From assembly GCF_001194135.2 (NCBI RefSeq), contig NC_068990.1, positions 64,601,869 through 64,665,868 of the forward strand: a DNA stretch of 64,000 nucleotides. The letters run 5' to 3'. Source of the DNA: Octopus bimaculoides. Taxonomy: Eukaryota. The position numbers and the translations under genes were made by a program. Numbering within the stretch: position 1 is the stretch's first letter; every line of letters begins with the position of its first letter. The notes under the pieces are model-generated. The model saw only the letters and a program-made list of their open reading frames with translations. It had not been told where the DNA came from and did not search any database. Shown here piece by piece: positions 36,655 through 50,785 of this stretch.

Positions 36655-38680
36655 GGTAGTTTTATTAATTTTTGAAGACTACACATTTTGAAGAAAATAG
36701 CAGTGCTTCAACTTCGAATGTTTCATGCTACATCCTCACTTCTCTGTTACTACCCACCAACTCTATTCTCTATTTATCCACTCTACAGTACTCTCCTTGT
36801 TTATCCATGTATTTGTCTTTAGTTTTGAAGTGTCAGTATATGATGTTTTTTGACTGCAGTGAGTGGTATGTTTGTTTCTGAACTTGTTTCATTAATATTG
36901 AGATAACTAATACTGTTGTTCATTAGGTTTAATTCATAACTCTGCCACTAATCCCATTAAGAGCTTTAAGTGGAATCCACTGTTGCAAGCATTTGAGCCA
37001 GGATTTTGCTGAAGATAACTCCTCACTCATGGATTTCCTTTTTATTTTCTTTTTTTCTATTTTTCTTTTTTTGCTCGTGCCTCTCTCAGAGGCCTTGCAA
37101 GATAATTAAGTGCCAGACTAATGCCTTTTCTGCCTCTATATTCTCAGTTAAAATCCTTTTAAAAAAAAAATAAGTACTGGGAATTCATTCAATTACATAC
37201 ACACATTTCCCTATAAGTTGCATCCTTGTGTCAGTTGAGAAATTATTATTATTATTAGCACTGCGTTTTGAATTTTGCAGCAAAATATAGTTCCAGCCAA
37301 GTACTACATTTAATATAATTGACCAAATCTTTCCTCATGTATATGTCAGAAATAATTATTACTACCATATTTTCTTGTACAATGTGATCTCAAAAATAAT
37401 GTGGCCCCCAATTTTGGACCTCAAAATCAGTAATATATTCTGTCCTCTTTTTTCCATTTAAGTATAATACTATTTTGTAATTTTGATTTGGTTGCTTTGT
37501 ATAAAAATCCTCACATTACACGAGTTAATACTTTATACTAGAAACTGACAAACCAAAGTAGATGTTTTGATTATGTACTCACTATTTGACTACTAAGCAT
37601 CATCCATGTTAAGGGCAGGTTAACATCCCTGGTGGACTTATCTAAAAACAGTCTTTAGGTCTGGTCTCAAAGCATTGAGGAGAGGTAAATTTTTGCCTGG
37701 ATTGCTTGTAGTTAACATCCATTATCTCCTGCCTGCTAATAGTTACATGAACTTGAGACATTGTAGAATAAAATTTACTGCAGAATGCAACCAAATATTT
37801 AAAACCTCTGAGCAGGTAGTGCAGTACATTATCTGCTTGGCCCGCTCTTCCCGAAATGCTCACTTGAAAGTTAATAAAACAGGTACAGATCACCACATAC
37901 TGTGGTTGAAAATGTTTTTAGATACTTGTTTTACAAAACTGGTGGTGTTTTGCAGTGATATTAAACCAGGGCAGTGGATGGCCAAATTGGTAGAATAGCA
38001 GTTAAAATACCTTGTTTTGTTTACTTGTTTCTTAATCCACTTTGCTTTTGTACTTCCAGACTGGTAAAATAATTACCAGTCATGCAGTAGGTTGATCCAA
38101 TCAACTATACTTCTGCCCCTAAAATTTGCGGCTGTGTATACCTGTATTAGAAACCAATATTAGAATAGTGTGATGGTGATGGACAAGACTAGTGTGTCTA
38201 ATATACTACCTCACAAGATTTAGTTTGATGTATGCAGAGACAGGATGCATTTCAGTCACAATTTGACTCTGTTGTTTGTCCAACCCTTGCCAGCATGGAA
38301 AACAGATGCTAAATAATGATGATGATCGCTTGGCTTCAGTTCAACTTTGTCAGCCTTCTCTCTAGGGTTCATGAAATAAGTGCTTGTAATGCACTGGTAT
38401 CGGTTCAGGTAACTATGCTCCTCTCTTACAAGAACTGGTCTTGTGGCTCTAAGAAATCACTATTAGAATGGTAAATGATATGTGAGTACATATGTTTTTA
38501 GCATTGGTGAACTAAATTTAGTGCAACTGGTGCTGGATAAATAAAGTTGGACTTTAGTGAGGTTTAGTGTTTTTCTAACATTTGATAATTATGTCTTTGT
38601 ATGTATGCATAAAGATGTGGGAATCAAACAGATTTAATGTATAGTTATTTGTGTTTTGAAATTAAAGGTCTGTGTGTTTT

Positions 38681-38732
<52 letters not shown>

Positions 38733-38914
38733 GCATGCATATGTACCTATGTGTAAATTGTTTTTAATATCTTTGCTCGCAACAAAATCCAATTTTATTT
38801 ATTTATTTATTTATTTATTTGCAAACATTTTTAGCTTGATTTTATTTCAATGCACCACCATGAGCTCTTTTGTTGCTACTGCTTTTGTATGCTTTTTTTT
38901 TTTCATGCTTATAG

Positions 38915-39247
38915 ATCTGATCACAAGTACACCTATTAATGGGGAGAGGCCACACAGTCCCTCCCCAAATACACCTGTGTTACCTAACACTTTGCCCAGG
39001 ACCAAGCCTGTGGGCTTGGTCAAATGTGTCGACCACAATGTTACCAAAGATTCAAGTGACACTCCTGCTAAGGCTGGTGAGGCAAGTCCCTCTCTTCAAC
39101 GACAGCACAGCTTGCATGGGGTCCCTGCAAAGTCTGTTCAAAACAAATCCTCTGCTCAGAAGCCGCTTGGTCCCGTCAAGGGAATCACTCGGAGTGCGAG
39201 TGTTCAAGGGACGCCGTCAGAAAGTGGTGGTGTGGAAAAGACCTCAG
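38915..39247 (+). CDS. WDR47: WDR47 internal exon, low-complexity S/T/P/K linker: (D)LITSTPINGERP...GVEKTS
   Basis: ttttcatgcttatAG|atctg...ctcag|GTaggt; 333 nt, phase 1/1, open. ITSTP echoes the HTSTP of the vertebrate WDR47 linker (from recall). Confidence 0.85.
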
Positions 39248-41261
39248 GTAGGTTACCACGTTAACCTAATTCTGTCTCATAGGTTTTGCTTTGGTGCACT
39301 TAAGATTGGACTGGTCGCTGGTAGTAAGAATGGCCTCAATCCTGATTCTTAAAGCACAATAGTTAATCTTTTTAAATCAGGAGTTTTTCTCTAATGTGAA
39401 ATTCTTGAACTCCTGCCCAATTTTTCCTTCTCTTTTCCTCTTAGGCTATTGGATTCTTTAGAATTTGGTTCGACTCTGATATAAACATGACTATGAATGC
39501 ACCAATTTGTCTCTTGGATAATTACTCAGTCATAACAATAGTTGAAGAGATTCTAAGCAAACCATCTACAAACTAACAATTTATAACAACACACACACAA
39601 AAAAAAATAGACTTTGAGGAAATCTGTAGAATAATGCACCGCTGTCTGATATTGAAATTATACTTAATAATTCAGTCTCTGAAATTGTTCTCTTTGATTA
39701 TTTTATAGTTTACCAACGTTAGAAAGATTGGTGCTACAGTTTATCAAGCTAAAATATATAATAAAAAGTACTGAACCCTGTAAAGAAATGAACTAAAATC
39801 TTACCTAATTTTTTATCTTTGAATTCTTATGATTTCTATGAAATCTAGCTATACCCAAACAGCAGAGTAGGTTCAAAAGCATCATCAGAAATTATAAGAA
39901 AGAAAAAAAAAACTCTAACTCTCAAGATAGTCCTTTTTATACTGAAATTGCAATTTGCTGGAGGCATCAAATTGCCCAACCAATTTCAACTTAAAATTAC
40001 TTTCAATGATGCTATCAAAAAGAAAATTGCATAAATGTCATGACTGCTAGTTTCTACTCAAACATTTGAGCCACCATACCTATTTTGGAAACATTTATAA
40101 TAATAATAATGATAATAAGCAATATGCTGATGTTCTTCATAAAACACTATTGTAGTAAAAGCACGTGGAACACATTTTTGAAACCAAAACACATCCCAGT
40201 TCTTCCTCCTTAAAATGTCAGCCTTTAGAATTCCTTCCCTGCTCATGTTTTTCTTGAAGGGTCTACAAATGTTTTTGGATACAGCATTTTCCCCTTGACC
40301 AAACCATAGAATTAAGAATGACAATGTTAGTGATGTAGTTGAAACTATACTTAGTGATGGAACAACAGATACTTGTAATGTACTGTCACTAAGTTTAGTG
40401 GTGTTACAACAACCACATGTTGTAGATGAAGCTGAGCCTAATGGTGGACCAACAGTTACCTGTAATGTACAGAAAAGTAAGTTTAGTGATGTCACAACAG
40501 CCATTTGTGATGTAGATGTTGCTGTGTTTAAGCAGTGATATAATAGACACATGCAATACTTTGTCTTTAATAATTGTGATTTATATTTTTGGCACAAGTC
40601 ATACATAATGAAGATGGTTACTGTGGTACTTTTTCTTAATGATTCCACGGTCAACTCTAGCAATAAAAATAATCATGGTATACAGTTAGAAATTTTAAAA
40701 ATTACCAGAACCTCATTCAAAATAATCAGAAAGACAACCACATGTGTAAACAGAATCATCACTGAGCCTATCAATGAATGCTTGATATAATAGAAATAAC
40801 AGCCAAATATCCCTTTAATCATCTAAAGTTGGCTGAACAGATTGGATAATATAGTCTTAGATAGATTATGTCAGAGTGAAAACCAAAAATGATCACATAC
40901 AGGTGCTACAAGTATTAGAAGTTCAAAATGTGTCCGAGTAATATTACAAACCTTTCTAATTCATGCATCATGGAAAATGAGATATTAAAGCAATGACAAG
41001 GATAACAATGAAACAGCTAAAGATGCCCTTCCTTATTACAAATGGTCATGAAGTGAATCGGTCCTTACCAAAAATATCTAACTAATGCACCAAGAACTTG
41101 TATCTTGTTTGCAATAATTTTTTTCGGGCGACATCAAAATCCAACCAGAAAGGAATGGGTATTAAAATGATGAAATTAAGACAGGTGTTAAAATGGTCGT
41201 AATCTGAAGTGCTAGTTTCAATCAGTAATAAATGTGGGTTCAAAATTATTCCCCTGTCTTA

Positions 41262-41317
<56 letters not shown>

Positions 41318-41989
41318 CTTATTTGTTATTTTCTGTCCTTTATTCATTTCTTCCCTGCCCCCTATCCTTTTGACATAGTTAATTATCCCTAGGGTTTGTT
41401 GCTAGTATTATTTCCCATCTGAAAGCTGAGACTAGTATTGGTGAAAGTTAGTTGCTGAGTAAAACTACAAAAGCAACTTTACCATTTCTCTGGAGGATAA
41501 AATTAAATTTTATGTTTTATTTGTTTATTTTGTTTTTCTCTCTTTCTTCTTTTGAAAGTTTTTTTTTTTTTTTGTCTCTTGAACTTTTTCTGAACATAAG
41601 AGAAAAAAATTNNNNNNNNNNNNNNNNNNNNNNNNNNNNNNNNNNNNNNNNNNNNNNNNNNNNNNNNNNNNNNNNNNNNNNNNNNNNNNNNNNNNNNNNN
41701 NNNNNNNNNNNNNNNNNNNNNNNNNNNNNNNNNNNNNNNNNNNNNNNNNNNNNNNNNNNNNNNNNNNNNNNNNNNNNNNNNNNNNNNNNNNNNNNNNNNN
41801 NNNNNNNNNNNNNNNNNNNNNNNNNNNNNNNNNNNNNNNNNNNNNNNNNNNNNNNNNNNNNNNNNNNNNNNNNNNNNNNNNNNNNNNNNNNNNNNNNNNN
41901 NNNNNNNNNNNNCTCTCTCCCTCTCTTTCAAAAGAAGTTTTTGTTGTTTTTTTTCCATTTATTTTCTCTCTATTTTGAAATGTTCCCAG

Positions 41990-42046
41990 CTCCCAGCAAA
42001 GTTAATAAACCTAAGACATCCATCTCAAAATCAACATCAGTGAAAG
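41990..42046 (+). CDS. WDR47: WDR47 57-nt exon: (A)PSKVNKPKTSISKSTSVK
   Basis: ttcccAG|ctccc...gaaag|GTaaat; phase 1/1; in frame with both neighbours. Confidence 0.75.
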
Positions 42047-42859
42047 GTAAATTGCACGATGTATGAATTTTTAAAGATGAAAAAAAAAAAAATAATAATA
42101 ATACCGTTTGTTTCTTCCCTGTATTCTTATTTCAATTTGCTCATTTCTTAATGTGTTCTTTAGAATGCTATTTCTCTACAGTTTAATACTACCTATTTTT
42201 CTTGCAGTCATTTTATTTGTACTTGCTGCTGACTTTTGCTGCACACTTGTTGGTTTTAACATAAACAACCTGAAAATAGTTTGTTAATGAAAGTTTTTTT
42301 GTTTTGTTTTTTTTATTTGAGTCTTTAACAAAATTTTTTTTTTTTAGATAGCTTTATTTTTACTTTTTATGGGGGTGGGGATGACTCAGAGGAGGAAGAT
42401 CATGTGACTCTTCCAGCACCTTTGTCTCTAGTTGGAGGAAGTAGAAAATTAGACTCAAACTAGAGAACTAACTGCAAAACATGCAACAGAGTGATTACTG
42501 ATAAAGGCCTCCAGGGGCCAAGAGGGTCTTCTTAAACTTTCCAGTTGATAGAATTGTTTGCGTATCTGATCTTGTTTACTCAGTGATTTTATGGCTTTCA
42601 TGTTTACACAGTTACTTGATGGTTTAGTGGTATGGTGGTGCTCTATCTGGTTTAGGTATCTCCTTTGCTGTATGGCTTCAAAATGCTCTCCACATTGTTA
42701 CTTTTTAGAGAATGTTTGAGTCTATTGTTCTGTTCTAAATTTGCTTTCTCTCCATTCAGCCATATATGAACCAAAAAGCTGTTACAATTCGTCTTAAATA
42801 TACAAGTTGTCTCAGTATTTTTAGATCTCTTTTGACTTACCTCAAAATGGTTTGGTTAA

Positions 42860-42915
<56 letters not shown>

Positions 42916-43439
42916 ACTACTACTACTACTACATTTAGTTACCTCCAGATTGAAACAGTACATAACAAAAGCCTATTTCCCATTAGTCATTAAACTAAAC
43001 CAGTTTTTCCCTAATTAATTTCCTTTCTGTCTTTCGGTTTTCACTCTTTACTATCAATCTGCATCACACACACACTCTCTGTCTCTCTCTCTCCTCTCTC
43101 CTGCTTCCCCCCTCTCACTCTTCCTTATAGGGAGATGATTTAGCTCCTCCTAACTGTGTTGAANNNNNNNNNNCACACACACACTCTCTGTCTCTCTCTC
43201 TCCTCTCTCCTGCTTCCCCCCTCTCACTCTTCCTTATAGGGAGATGATTTAGCTCCTCCTAACTGTGTTGAAAAAAACCAAATAAGCTAAAGGCATAGCT
43301 TCAATAAAATAAATTTGGTTGTTTTCTCTTCAGAATGAAGAGCACTGTCTAAACTGGAAAGAGACAACCTCTTTATTGTTCCCCTGCCAAATCTATTCAG
43401 TAAATGATAATGTTACAGACATTATCATTTTATAATTTT

Positions 43440-43920
43440 TGGTACAGTCTCTGTGGTTGAGTCCTTTCATCAACCACTTGATTAGGTGTACAAGGTGCAT
43501 TTTATCATTGCACCAGGGCCAAAGAGATTGTTATGTTCACGGCAATACTAAAACATCTTCTCTGCTCTTAGTTGCCACTATTTTGTTCATCAATACAGAT
43601 GTGACTCAAAGCCAGCAAGACTATAGTCCCCTTTTCCTTGTGTTGTCTTCCTTTCACACGCTTTGGATGAAAGAAGAGAGATCAGAGTTGTTGGAATGGA
43701 GGCAGGGATAAAAGAGGGAGTAATAATGAGAGCCAGAACAGAAATATGAAAACAACTTGACTAAGAGGAGATAGCCAGTGTATGTAGGTTGCAGAAGAGA
43801 GAGTAATCGAAGGAAGTTGGGATGGCAAGAATGAGTGTGATTGAGGAGAGATTAGAGAGAAAGTAACAGGAAAGGTGGGGAGAGAATGATGTATCGCAGA
43901 AGAGAGATGATGATAGCGGG
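43440..43920 (-). mobile_element. Possible Penelope-like remnant
   Basis: Purine-rich + strand at 43670-43920; decayed ttgatgaaagg core on the minus strand at ~43460-43475. Confidence 0.3.
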
Positions 43921-45400
43921 AAAGGATTGAACACAAGCATAAGTAGCATATTGCTCTTTTGCACACAACATCCATCTGATTTCTCTTGAAATCAGGTTTC
44001 CTCTCAACTCATTTGTGACTCTTAGTCATGCACACTGACATTATACATACAGCTGAGCATGTTCACCCTGTTTCTTATTTCTTTACTGCCCACAAGGGGC
44101 TACACACAGAGGGGACAAAGAAGGACAGACAAACTGATTAAGTCGATTATATCGACCCCAGTGTGTAACTGGTACTTATTTAATCAACCCCAAAAGGATG
44201 AATGGCAAAGTCGACTTCAGCGGAATTTGAACTCAGAACACAGTGGCAGACGAAATACCGCTAAGCATTTCGCCCAGCGTGCTAATGTTTCTCCCAGCTC
44301 GCTGCCTTTACTTTCGACTGACATCCTCTACATTCACTACCCATATCCCACTGTCATACTTCGTACTCAGGCATCATATCATGTTCCCCACATTTTGAAA
44401 GAGAATTACTTTGTTGCCAGGGGAGGTAATAGCTCACTGAATTTTTTTCACTCTGCACTTACTCTGGCTACCATGTTTTTAGAACACCCATTTCCACTGC
44501 TATTTCAGTCACTTGGGTAAAGAACTCTCAACTACTTCTATAGGGCCTTCCACTCATAAGCAATCTATTTCTCATGTACACCTACTGCAAATTACTTCAG
44601 TTCATCTGTCACATACAAAAGTCTACTTTCTCTATCAGCCTGTTTTCATCTTACATCTCTTGTGCATCCATAGTTTACACTGGAAGCACTATTCCAAACA
44701 TGACTACTCCCGCTCTACTGAAGAGTCTTGTCTTTTTTTTTTATTTTATTAACTAAAACATTAGTCTTTGCTAGATTTGCTTGTAACCCTTCATCTCTTC
44801 AAGTTTTACTCCAGATTTGAAACTTTACCTTGCAATCTTGGCAGGTTCGCTTATGAGAAGTCATCAGCATTGATAACTTTCCTTTGATTGCTGATTTTAA
44901 ACTCCTTTTTTATGGCCTGGAGAACTATAAAAAACAAAAGGGTCTGAGAAATGAATCCTGGTGGACATAAACCTGTGTTCTAAATTACTTTTTTGAACTT
45001 AATGTGTGAATTCTCACTTTGCTGACAGCACCTATTTTTGCTGATAGTATATACCTTGCACACTCCTCACAAGCTGTTCATGTAACTCTAGTTTCTTTAG
45101 CAACCAACAGATTGAAGTCTGATATCCTGTCGATGGCCTTCTCCAGGTTGATAGGCTAAGTTGTGTGGCTTACTCCTAGCTAAATATTTTTTCATAGTTG
45201 TTTTATTAGGAAGAAGACATTGAATAGTATTACTTCTTTCCAGTTTGGTTCAAAGCCGAATAAATAGTGTATGTATGGTTGGGGTGTACAAAAAGAGAAA
45301 GACAAAATAATGTATGTAGTAAGGTTTATATAATCATGTGAAACTTGGTCTTCATTCTTGTTACTTTGAGTATTACATCATTCAAGATGACTAGTGATAG
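43920..45400 (-). mobile_element. RTE LINE reverse-transcriptase fossil, interrupted by SINE B
   Basis: Minus-strand motifs in order: NLEKAIDR (DLEKAFDR), VHQDSFL (VHQGS), IVLQAIKKEFK, NADD (YADD), KGLQANLAKTNVL, KKFSELLPPLATK, MLSCMYNVSVH. Confidence 0.82.
44062..44300 (-). mobile_element. tRNA-derived SINE family B, well preserved
   Basis: Reverse complement reads gcgagctgggagaaacattagcacgctgggcgaaatgcttagcggtatttcg...gagttcaaattccgctgaagtcgactttgcc...ggggtcgatataatcgac. Confidence 0.85.
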
Positions 45401-46644
45401 AAAGATTCTTGTTCTTAACAGATTTAGTTTCTTCAACTGTCTCCTTGCTGTTGATCAGGTATGGCAGCTTAGTGGACATTGATAGTTTGTGGGAGTGAGA
45501 GTAGTCACTTATTGACCAGTATGATAGTTTAGTGATAAATGTTGGTTTCGGTGCTGCCAGATGTAGCTACACACAGATATTACCCTGTTTATAATCTATT
45601 CTTTACCAAACTGGTATACTGGCCAACTGTCTCAACAACCAAGTGGATTAGACTCCATTGTGCTACTTGGCTATTTGCAACAAAATCTAAAAATAACATC
45701 AGTTTTTGCCAAGCTGCCACACCTGATCAATGGTAGGGAGATAAGTGAGTGGGAAAAGTCCTGTGGATATTAAATATCTAGATCTACCAGTTTCCATGAA
45801 GAACCAGGAAATCCAGTACATTGAGGGAATGAAATCACTGCTTCATGTAAACGAGCCTCTACTTGAAATTCTCATTGATTGCAATCTTTCATCTGTTTAC
45901 CCTGTGATTGCTTGATTGAAATTTTTTTATTAATTGGCAGCTTTAATGCTTACATTTGTCATAAATATATCAAAACTTTGCTTCTATTTTCAAATTCTTT
46001 TTGCTGTTTTCCAAACTTCAGTTTCTCCCTTTTGATTTGTTCATTCATTAAAACCCAATGTTGATGGAATCTGACCCTTCGTTTTGCATTGGTTGGTTAA
46101 TGTTCTTTAAACATTTTCTGTTTTCTGCATCTTCTTTTGTTTCCAGTCATTTTACGAAACAAAAGTTGTCGAGAATATTCTTTGGTTGGTAAGAATTGGT
46201 AATATTGTAAGACATGTGAAAAAATTAGGTTTTAGGAAATGAATAATTTGATGGATAAGATGAAAAAAAAAGGTAGGATGGCTAGGGTTTTCTTTCAAGT
46301 TTCTTTTGTAATAAATTTTAACTGGAAATCAAAAGATGTTTCTTAAGAATAAATCAAGAAAAAGATACTTAACTATAGTTTGGAGGTGATTCTTGGATTG
46401 AAAATGACTTGGTTCTTAAGTAACCTCAATAATTGCTAATCAGAGTTTGGTTTGGGACTAATCTCTACTCAGATACTTTGATAATTGTCAGATGTTTCAA
46501 ATGCTTAGATATTTCGCTGGGGGAGATGATTTTTAAAAGAGTAATTGTAGTTTAAGCTTTTAAGATTGACTCATACCTGGAATTGTATTATTCAAATTGC
46601 ATACCATCTTGGGTCATAGAACTAGCAACCTTAATCCTAAGGCA

Positions 46645-46995
46645 GCCCTGTCTTAAATGGTAGAGCAACTAGCTCATATTTTTAGGGTACTGGCACTCTA
46701 TCAGTTATAATGATGAGGGTCCCACTTGATCCAATCAACAGAACAGTCTGCTTCTGAAATTAACATACAAGTGGCTGAGAACTCCACAGACATGCATCCC
46801 TTAACATAGTTCTCTGGGAGATTCAGCATGACACAGAGTGTGACAAGGCTGGCCCTTTGAAATACAGGTACTACTCATTTTAGCCAGCTGACTTGACTGG
46901 AGCAACATGAAATAAAGTGTGTTGCTCAAGGACACATGTGCCACTAGGAATCAAACTCACAACTGAATACCCTAACCACTAAGCCACATGCCTTC
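46645..46995 (-). mobile_element. SINE family F, near full length
   Basis: ctggagcaacatgaaataaagtgtgttgctcaaggacac...ccctaaccactaagccacatgcc. Confidence 0.75.
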
Positions 46996-47544
46996 ACTCA
47001 CATTTTTAGGATAGTTGTGATTGTAATGCAAGTGAAATAAGTATTTAGTCTTTAAAAGGTAAATATTTGATGTGTCTAAAGTAAAAATATTCTTTAAACA
47101 CCACCAAATATATTCACACAAAACAGGCAATAAAAATGTGAGGATAACTTTCCAGTGTTATACTTTATTTAACCACAGCTATACCACATAGCATTAATAA
47201 CATTCATTGAGAACGTAATTTTCACATATAGAAGTTTGTTGTTGCTGTGCAACAAAATGAAGGTACAGAAATTGAGTCTTGCTTTTAAAGAAATCTTTAT
47301 CCTTACTATTTAAACTCCTCTGTGTAAAACAACATACTGATAGACTTGTCCACAGCTAGAACATTAACCAAACAATAAGGTCTCACTGAATTCAATATGC
47401 CAGTGATATTTCAGTTATTCTATGTTGTTGGCTAGTTGACACCTGACTTGCAGTTGGATAATAAGACAGACAAACACCCAGCTTTACTCTATGAATTTAA
47501 AAACCTAGTCTTTAATAATATGGCTGTACACAACTGGAAATAAT

Positions 47545-47665
47545 AACTGTTTCTGATCTGAGGGGAAGGGCTTAGTCTATTACATTGACCCTCAGTACTT
47601 AACTGTTATTTTATTTTATTGACTCCCAAAAGAATGAAAGGTAAAGTTGATCTCGACAGGAATTG
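47545..47665 (-). mobile_element. SINE family B fragment
   Basis: gaggggaagggcttagtctattacattgaccctcagtact...gaatgaaaggtaaagttga. Confidence 0.6.
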
Positions 47666-48334
47666 TAAAGAGTCGGATCAAATCATGCAAAATATTTTTT
47701 ATGGTGCTCTAACGATTGTGTCAGCTCACCACCTTACAACAACTTGTTATACTATCACACTTGTGTTCTGCCTATCATCAGCAACAACAACAGCAAATTA
47801 TCTTTGGAATACAAAAGCGATATGTTCCACATGAGCCTGATACAGTCTTCTCAACAAGGATTAGTTGAGTTGCTGCCTGTTTAATCTAGTCTTTAGCCAC
47901 TGATTTGGACTATGAATGATATTACTTCTGTATTAGTGGAGGAGCTGTTTGACTGCAGTATATTCAAACAAGCAAAAGTTGAAGACTTTGTTTTCAGTTA
48001 TGAGAAATATATTGGCATGTTATCATGGTGAGAAGTGGGTTAGATCAGGTCAGGTGAGGGTTGATTTTTTTCAGTTATTGAAATACCTGAAACGATTAAA
48101 TGAACCTAGAACAAGGTCCAGCCAGCAGCAGCTCAAAGATTATGAACAATTGCCAATTGTAGATCCTGCAAACATTGATATTATTTATCAATATGTTGCA
48201 CTCTGGTCGTAGGAATAATCTAAAAATAAGCTCTTATTCCATGGTACTGGACTGTTGTTCATATCATCATAGGTTCAAATTTTGCTATTGTCGCTATATT
48301 TTGTCCTTTGAGGAAGACCTGCAGCTGACAGAAT

Positions 48335-48520
48335 TGGTAGAACATCAGAAAAAAGCTTTCCAGTGTTACAACTCTTAATTTTGAGTTCAAATCCTACCAA
48401 GGTCAACTTCTGGGGTTCATAAATTAAGGTATCAGGTAAGTACTGGGATTAATGTAATTGACTAAACCCCCTCCTTAACTCAAACCACATGACTAAGTGC
48501 CTAAGCTAGGAACAATTATT
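48335..48520 (+). mobile_element. SINE family B, decayed
   Basis: ttggtagaa...gagttcaaatcctaccaaggtcaac...aagtactgggattaatgtaattgact. Confidence 0.55.
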
Positions 48521-48652
48521 TATTTGCCATAATGTGTGGAGCTGAAAAGTATGTACCACTCTTGCATTAGAACTATAGAAAGAACGTCTAATATTTTTAC
48601 CCAAATAAATGTTTTCTGTTATATATTAATGACTTTCTGGTTCTCTTTTCAG

Positions 48653-48771
48653 AATCCCAATCTCCAAACTTGGTTGATGATGTGCCATATTCCGATGGAC
48701 CCACCTCTAACCAAACAAATTTGACTCCAGCAAAGCCTGCCGAGAGTTCACCAACCAGAATCATTTCAAAT
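48653..48771 (+). CDS. WDR47: WDR47 exon: (E)SQSPNLVDDVPYSDGPTSNQTNLTPAKPAESSPTRIISN
   Basis: ttctcttttcAG|aatcc...tcaaat|GTtagt; 119 nt, phase 1 to 0, bridging the phase-1 exons to the phase-0 exon at 62621. Confidence 0.78.
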
Positions 48772-50594
48772 GTTAGTCCACTTTACTCCTTGTCTCTTTG
48801 TAGTTATTTGTAATGTTGACTATGGTTGATAGCCATCCTCTTTCTCTACCATCCAATATTCCCTTGTATCTCCCATATTACCTCCTATCAAACATTTGGT
48901 TTATTTTGTAGTATTGAGCAGTCCAGATGAGTGTTAATATTATATGTCGTTTTTGTTGTTGCTGTTGTTTCCTTATGTACATATACTTTTGTAGGGTATT
49001 GCTGTCAGCTCAGTTGAACTTAACTAAACCTTTCAATAACTTCTCAAGATTTCTATGTATTGAACTTCAACCCTTGTTCCTCTGGGTGCATATTAGCATA
49101 TTTCAAATGCATATTTCTAGTTTTTTTCCAAATCTAATGGCATGGTTGATATGATGTTTATTAGTTTGTCTTCTTAATATAATTGCTTGTTATCAAAATC
49201 TCTTAACCAAAAGTGAAATCTTTATTGTAATCTTTTGAAATATATGTATGCCTATTGCTGATAATTGACTTTTTTTTTTTTTGAAAATATTATTGTTTAC
49301 ATTGTTATGATCAGGAAATTCTTGAATTTTATAAACTTATCTGTGAATGTGTGTGAGGGGAAAGAGCGTTTATGTGTGACAACGATGATGATATCAGTTT
49401 TTTTGCTATCCAAAGATCATCAGGAAGAATGTCACGCCCTCAAGTGGTTATGAAAGCCAGTTCTTGATGCTGCAGGTATTTTCTTCCTGCCTACATTTAA
49501 TAGTTTGAAAGTAAGAGTCAGTCCATGCAATCTAATCCCATGGAGTTTAGACTACAGTGGCTCAGTGGGCCAAAACAGTTGCAGTGACCAGCAAGCTGTA
49601 GATTTTACATTGGATTGGCCTTTTCTTAGGTGAATTATAGGACTGGAGAGCTCCACCTACCCTGAAGTTGCCAGAAGGGTGTCAAAGAGGGTAGCCCTAC
49701 TCCTTGATTTGCTGCAGGGACTAACTTCTCTGGCATTTCTTTTCCCACATGGTAGTATGGATTTGTGCTTAGAGTTTCTTCCATAACATGCCAATTAACC
49801 TGACAGGTGCTACTACTCTGGGTCAGAGTTGACCTGGGAACAGTAGTAGCTGAGAAGTGGTTCCACACTCCTCAAAACCCTGGAGTAGGGCCCCACAACT
49901 GGATGCAGTTTAAAGTCATACTCAGGACATGTTTATGTGGACTTTATTTTTTGAAATCATTAATGAGTCAGAGGACGATGTTCAAATGCTAATGACTTTT
50001 GTAGGCTTTCCTGATGAGTGAGATTACTGGAGTTGATAATCAGATTAAATTGATGTATGGTGATATCTGTACAGAAAATGTAGAGAAGCAATGAGAGATG
50101 GAATTCTAGTGGATGAAAGGAATGATTTGGAAATATGCTAAATGCAGAATTTGGAGGATGAGAAATGGAGATGATAAAATGGCAGGAGGATTGATAAGCA
50201 AAAACAATATCTTTGGACTATTGATGTGTAGAATATTGTGAGAGAGCTAAGGGTGGTGTTTATTTGTATGTGTGTGGTTGGAGGTGACAGTGAGTGGAGA
50301 GAGAGTAGTGCTGCAATAGAGTAATCTGACAGGAAACTTTTAATTCAAAAGATGTGGCTATTTCTTATACATGAGCAACTTAGCTTGGTGGTTTCCATGG
50401 TATATATGGTCAGATTGTTTTCTGAGGTTAAGGGTAACAATATCCTTTACTTGTGCTTTTGCCTTTGAAGTACTTAATGATAACAGACTACTGGTTTGTT
50501 AAATAAAAAAACAAGTGTATGTATGTGTGTTTGTTTATCTGAAGTATTTAGAATGGTCAGAACTGGCAGATGCTCAGAATATCAGCAATTCTGC

Positions 50595-50785
50595 ATCATC
50601 ATCATTTAATATCCATTTTCCATGCTGGCATGGTTTGGACAGTTTGAAAGGAACTGGCAAGCCAGAGACTAGTCATGTGTTTCGGCATGGTTGTTATGGC
50701 TGGATGCCCTTCTTAACACCAACCACTTTACTGAGTGGGCTGAGTGTTTTTTATGTGGTACCGGCACACGTGCTTTTTACACAGC
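50595..50785 (-). mobile_element. RTE-LINE 3' tail (family A)
   Basis: catcatcatcatttaa...ccatgctggcatgg...ggctggatgcccttcttaacaccaaccac. Confidence 0.75.

Noticed and set aside
40058-40663. 201-aa minus-strand ORF
   Set aside because: No recognisable domain or splice context; partly explained by the decayed tandem repeat it overlaps.
43065-43272. Exact 99-bp direct repeat either side of a 10-N gap
   Set aside because: Perfect identity across a minimal gap indicates an unmerged contig overlap (assembly artefact).
47949-48212. Protein-like ORF (LLKYLKRLNEPRTRSSQQQLKDYEQL...) after a tttttttcAG acceptor at 48074
   Set aside because: Open only in phase 0, but the flanking WDR47 exons need phase 1, and there is no strong donor. 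Not called without transcript data.
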